A DNA stretch of 64,000 bases from an uncultured Acidobacteriota bacterium (GTDB lineage: Bacteria; Acidobacteriota; Terriglobia; UBA7540): positions 288,001 through 352,000 of the forward strand of contig CAWDSK010000002.1 in the NCBI GenBank assembly GCA_963804995.1, read 5' to 3'. Both the position numbers and the translations under genes were made by a program. The stretch's first letter is position 1. Each line of letters opens with the position of its first letter. The notes below the pieces were generated by a model. That model was given only the letters and a program-made list of their open reading frames with translations. It was not told where the DNA came from and made no database searches. Below, piece after piece: positions 60,784-64,000 of this stretch.

Positions 60784-60942
60784 CCCTTTTCCCTTTCCCT
60801 TGACGCCTTGTTGAGCGCATGTGGACCCCTTGCACTCCACTTGTCAATGCCCGAGAATTGAGCCCGGAGGCGGAAAACAAAGGCCACCACGGTGTAGCGT
60901 TTGCGCTTGCATCACGCTCTGGTATACAGCCCGGAGGCAAAA

Positions 60943-61287
60943 GTGGACAAAACCGATGAATTCGTGCGTGCCCGCAGCCGACTGACTGGCCTAAAACAGA
61001 ACATCCCGCCGGAATACGGCTACGTCCAAGAAGATTGCGTTAACGAGTACCATAAGGTTTTGGACAACCTGACCCAACTGGGATGTGATCTGGAGGAGTT
61101 TAAGATTCCTGACCAGTGGATGGAAACTTACACTTGGCAGGTCCCCGATGGCGAGGGCTATGAGACCAGGTATAGCAGCACGCGTCAGGTAATAAGGGAG
61201 AAGTTCCTGATGAAACTTGACTCGGTCCTGTACTACCTTTCGTCCCTGGCTTCATCGAAAAGTCAGGGTCCGATTGGCTTCAGATGA
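60943..61287 (+). CDS. Hypothetical protein
   Basis: GGAGG SD before GTG; ends in a PIGFR motif; lower GC than the flanks. Confidence 0.65.
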   Translation: MDKTDEFVRARSRLTGLKQNIPPEYGYVQEDCVNEYHKVLDNLTQLGCDLEEFKIPDQWMETYTWQVPDGEGYETRYSSTRQVIREKFLMKLDSVLYYLSSLASSKSQGPIGFR

Positions 61288-61390
61288 TGCAGGAAGTATA
61301 TCGAATTTACAGGGATAATGATGTAGGTTTTCAACCTTCGGCTAGATGTCAATGTAGGTAATCTTCTCATTAAATTACGGAGCGAAACAA

Positions 61391-61708
61391 ATGGAGCAAC
61401 CCAAAGAGCGAAGCACCCAGGTAACGGTTACGTTTCAGTATAAGGGGCCAACTGATACAAGGCCGTGGGATGAAGGACAAGTCGCGGATCTTACCTTTAA
61501 GGTCCCGTATGGAACACCGATAGTTACTGTGCCCATACCGGCCGTAGGAGATAGCGTCAGCTTAGAATTGCAAAAAAAAATGAAATCGTACAAAGTCTTA
61601 ACGCGACATTTCTCCTATGATGAAGTTGAGGGCAGCCTGCTTATCGCAATAAACATAGTTGTCACCGATATAAGTAGTAACGAAATGTTGGAACGGTTGA
61701 AAGTGTAG
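61391..61708 (+). CDS. Hypothetical protein (AT-rich)
   Basis: 105-aa ORF with GGAG SD. Confidence 0.6.
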   Translation: MEQPKERSTQVTVTFQYKGPTDTRPWDEGQVADLTFKVPYGTPIVTVPIPAVGDSVSLELQKKMKSYKVLTRHFSYDEVEGSLLIAINIVVTDISSNEMLERLKV

Positions 61709-61709
61709 C

Positions 61710-61990
61710 TTTTCTCATGCCTGATGCCCTTGGCATCTCACGCCTTGTTCATGAGCGTTCTTTCCACCGCTTTCGGGTTTCGATCAATCACCGTCAAGTA
61801 GGCGCGCACCGCGCTTTCCGGCCGCCTGCGCCCTTGCTCAAAAGCAGTGACAAGTGACGAGTGGCGAGAATAACAATCCTCGAGTGGGGCCGGAGGCAAC
61901 GCGGCGCCCCACGAACACGGGCAACATCTCTGTCACCGCGTCCTATCCGTGGCCGGTTCTGGCTTCTTAACGGTCGACGGCATAAAGGGT
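61710..61990 (-). pseudogene. Degraded HigA/XRE-type antitoxin
   Basis: Minus frame FEQGRRRPESAVRAYLTVIDRNPKAVERTLMNKA*; pieces repeated at 62821-62936 and 63577-63650. Confidence 0.65.
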
Positions 61991-62034
61991 GATGGCGTCG
62001 CCACCCCACCAGTTTAGCGCTGCCAATACGTGAG

Positions 62035-62364
62035 TCACGGTTTCGCCGCGGGCAGCCGATCTTTCAGAATCTCTTTCAGGTCCTGATTCCCGTGCAGAAT
62101 GGCGATCACTTGCAGTGGCTTGCTTTGAGGACGGTAGACGATGATGTAATTCGGGTACTTGGGAAGGGTCCAGAAAAGCACCGGCAGAGGTGTAATATCC
62201 CGCCTTTTATGCCCCATGAAGGGATATCCAGCGAGCCTGTGGCAGGTGGCGATAATCTCCGCTTCCACCCGGTCGGCGGCTTGCCCGCTGTCTTCCTCAA
62301 TGAACCACCAGATGGCATCAAGATCTTCGGTTGCCTGAGGGGTGAGTTGGAAGGGCGCACTCAT
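62035..62364 (-). CDS. RelE/ParE family toxin
   Basis: LTPQATEDLDAIWWFI...YIIVYR...VIAILHGNQD. Confidence 0.9.
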   Translation of the reverse strand: MSAPFQLTPQATEDLDAIWWFIEEDSGQAADRVEAEIIATCHRLAGYPFMGHKRRDITPLPVLFWTLPKYPNYIIVYRPQSKPLQVIAILHGNQDLKEILKDRLPAAKP

Positions 62365-62636
62365 TCCCGCGTCTTCAAGCGTGCGGCGCGGCGCTGATGC
62401 AGCATCTCAACCGCCGCCTGACCGTCCATGAGTTCGCCGCGCTCCGCTTGCGCAAAGCCGGTGGCAATATGGGCCGCCACTGCTGCACGTTGCTCCGCCA
62501 GCCAATCCTCGCTGTGGAGTTGTGCGCGGATGATCTCGAACGCCTGGTCCAGCACCTCGCCGGAGTCGTGATAAACTCCGGATCGGATGGCCAAGTCGAT
62601 CGTTTGCTGATGTTCCGGCTTCAGTTCAATAGTCAT
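62361..62636 (-). CDS. ParD-like antitoxin
   Basis: MTIELKPEHQQ...SGVYHDSGEVL...GFAQAERGEL; ATGA overlap with the toxin. Confidence 0.8.
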   Translation of the reverse strand: MTIELKPEHQQTIDLAIRSGVYHDSGEVLDQAFEIIRAQLHSEDWLAEQRAAVAAHIATGFAQAERGELMDGQAAVEMLHQRRAARLKTRE

Positions 62637-62947
62637 GGCCGTGCCTCCGTGGGTGTGCCGTCGCCTCCCACCCATTCGGCTTCCCCTTTTCCGGTCAAAT
62701 CTAATAGTACAACATCACATCCTTGATGTCTTGCAGCTCCTCTAATATCCGGTAACCATGGTGTCGCCGCGGCTGAAAGTCCGCCAATCTTGAAGGCGGA
62801 CGACCCTTCCTGACCGTGCGTTTTCTCATGCCTGATGCTCTTGGCATCTCACGACTTGTTCCTGAGGGCTTTTTCCACCGCTTCGGGGTTTCTCCCGTCA
62901 AGCAGGCGCGCCCGGCGCTTTCCGGACGCCTGTGCCAGCCGGTCGTC

Positions 62948-63238
62948 TCAGCGATAGTTGCCGGTATGGAGCAACGCTTTGACCTCATTGTGATTCCCCA
63001 GGAAAGAGACGAACAAGTCCGATGGCCGGTCCTGAAAGATGAAGCGTAACGAAACATTGCCGCGACACTCGAAAATCTTGTCGCCCAATTTACGAATCCC
63101 CAGGCCGCTGTGCACATGCGGGCGGCCAAAGGCCTCCGGCAACTCGCACAGCGCTAACAGGCACTCGGCTCTTTCGTTCTTTGGCAGGTTCTGTAAGCGA
63201 CGTAACACCGTGGGGTCAATCGACAGAAGCTTACTCAA
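62948..63238 (-). CDS. RelE/ParE-like toxin (divergent)
   Basis: PHVHSGLGIRKL...FECRG...LRFIF...FLGNHNEV; overlaps the upstream antitoxin. Confidence 0.7.
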   Translation of the reverse strand: MSKLLSIDPTVLRRLQNLPKNERAECLLALCELPEAFGRPHVHSGLGIRKLGDKIFECRGNVSLRFIFQDRPSDLFVSFLGNHNEVKALLHTGNYR

Positions 63239-63509
63239 GCAGGTTCCTCAGTTGCTCGGTTGAAATGGTCAGCAATTTCCCTGACCGCTTGAGCCGGCGA
63301 TAGCGTTTATCAGTCGAGTCCGCGAACGCCGCAATCTGCTCTGGCGTCGCCCCGTATTCGCGTTGCGCGTAATCGGTGGGTTCCACCTCAACCCTGCGCA
63401 GAGCAATGATTTCGGCCCCGCGGATAATTCCGATGTCCTCCCCGCGGGCGGCAGCTTCCAGCCAGCGGCTTAGATTCTTTTTGGCGTCCGTAATGGTAAG
63501 AGTCTTCAT
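63231..63509 (-). CDS. Phd/YefM-like antitoxin
   Basis: MKTLTITDAKKNLSRWLEAAARGEDIGI. Confidence 0.8.
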   Translation of the reverse strand: MKTLTITDAKKNLSRWLEAAARGEDIGIIRGAEIIALRRVEVEPTDYAQREYGATPEQIAAFADSTDKRYRRLKRSGKLLTISTEQLRNLLE

Positions 63510-63672
63510 AGAGTCTTTATACAGTCTCTAAAGGGCTTTGTCAATCCCCTCCCGCGGGTGGCGACCTGAGGCATCGGGGCGCGCCACGAACCCGGGCAAC
63601 ATCTCTGTCACCGCGTCCAATCCGAGGCTTGTTCCAGGTTCTTAACGGTGGCACAGGCACTCCTGATGGTTG

Positions 63673-63960
63673 TCATTCGCTGGGCGGAATTTGCTGAGCG
63701 CCGTGGATGACGGCAAGCACGTCGATTTGATCAGGCTTGATGTAGTAGATGATTCGAAAGGGGCCTTCCACTACCTGCCGGATTTGGGGGACGCCGAATT
63801 CCGCGACCTCGCGCCCCGATAGGGGGAACTCAGCGATCTGCTGGGAGCGGCGTGTCAGGCGGTCCACAACGCGCAGAGCGTATTCAGGTGAATTTCGTGC
63901 GACGTAGGCTTGAAGGGCACGCAAATGATCGCGCGCCGTGTCGGTCCAGTGAACTTTCAC
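63673..63960 (-). CDS. RelE/ParE family toxin
   Basis: MKVHWTDTARDHL...FPLSGR...FRIIY...VLAVIHGAQ. Confidence 0.9.
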   Translation of the reverse strand: MKVHWTDTARDHLRALQAYVARNSPEYALRVVDRLTRRSQQIAEFPLSGREVAEFGVPQIRQVVEGPFRIIYYIKPDQIDVLAVIHGAQQIPPSE

Positions 63961-64000
63961 TTTTCGAGGCCAAACTCTGCGCGGACGGTTTCGACGCTGG
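63957..64000 (-). CDS. C-terminus of a probable antitoxin (partial)
   Basis: SVETVRAEFGLEK* with GTGA overlap onto the toxin start. Confidence 0.6.
   Translation of the reverse strand, partial: SVETVRAEFGLEK

Noticed and set aside
61900..63650. attC sites between TA modules
   Set aside because: No RYYYAAC/GTTRRRY palindromic pairing; the repeats translate as antitoxin remnants

Overview
GC-rich bacterial chromosome segment; gene content and repeat style suggest Acidobacteriota/Terriglobia (inference). From left to right: cytochrome b (partial), Rieske protein, lactonase and ferrochelatase. Next is a large minus-strand flagellar region (flgBC, fliEFGHIJK, flgDE and fliL, fliN-like, fliOPQR, flhBA, fliA, fliM, fliN/Y, plus an MshEN-type protein), headed by a sigma-54/two-component block and an HD-GYP regulator. 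An island of PIG-L deacetylase, RAYT transposase with six GTAG-REPs and a TPR gene splits this region. Then come an S9 peptidase, a GT87-like transferase and a complete group II intron inserted into a REP hairpin. These are followed by a class V aminotransferase plus serA, membrane/EVE/cupin genes, an NCS2 permease, aroF, an M28 peptidase, a Ser/Thr kinase-WD40-FGE fusion and a tandem toxin-antitoxin array. Highlights: (1) an unannotated 23-aa Tyr/Phe/Trp-rich leader-peptide attenuator upstream of aroF; (2) a group II intron that uses a RAYT-type REP as its target; (3) all five single-base frameshifts sit at CTCGA(G/C) sites, which suggests methylation-linked basecalling errors rather than real pseudogenes; (4) nested MITEs with target-site duplications; (5) an enlarged FlgE with three internal repeats; (6) an HTH-less sigma-54 activator. 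All calls were made by eye and no database searches were run.
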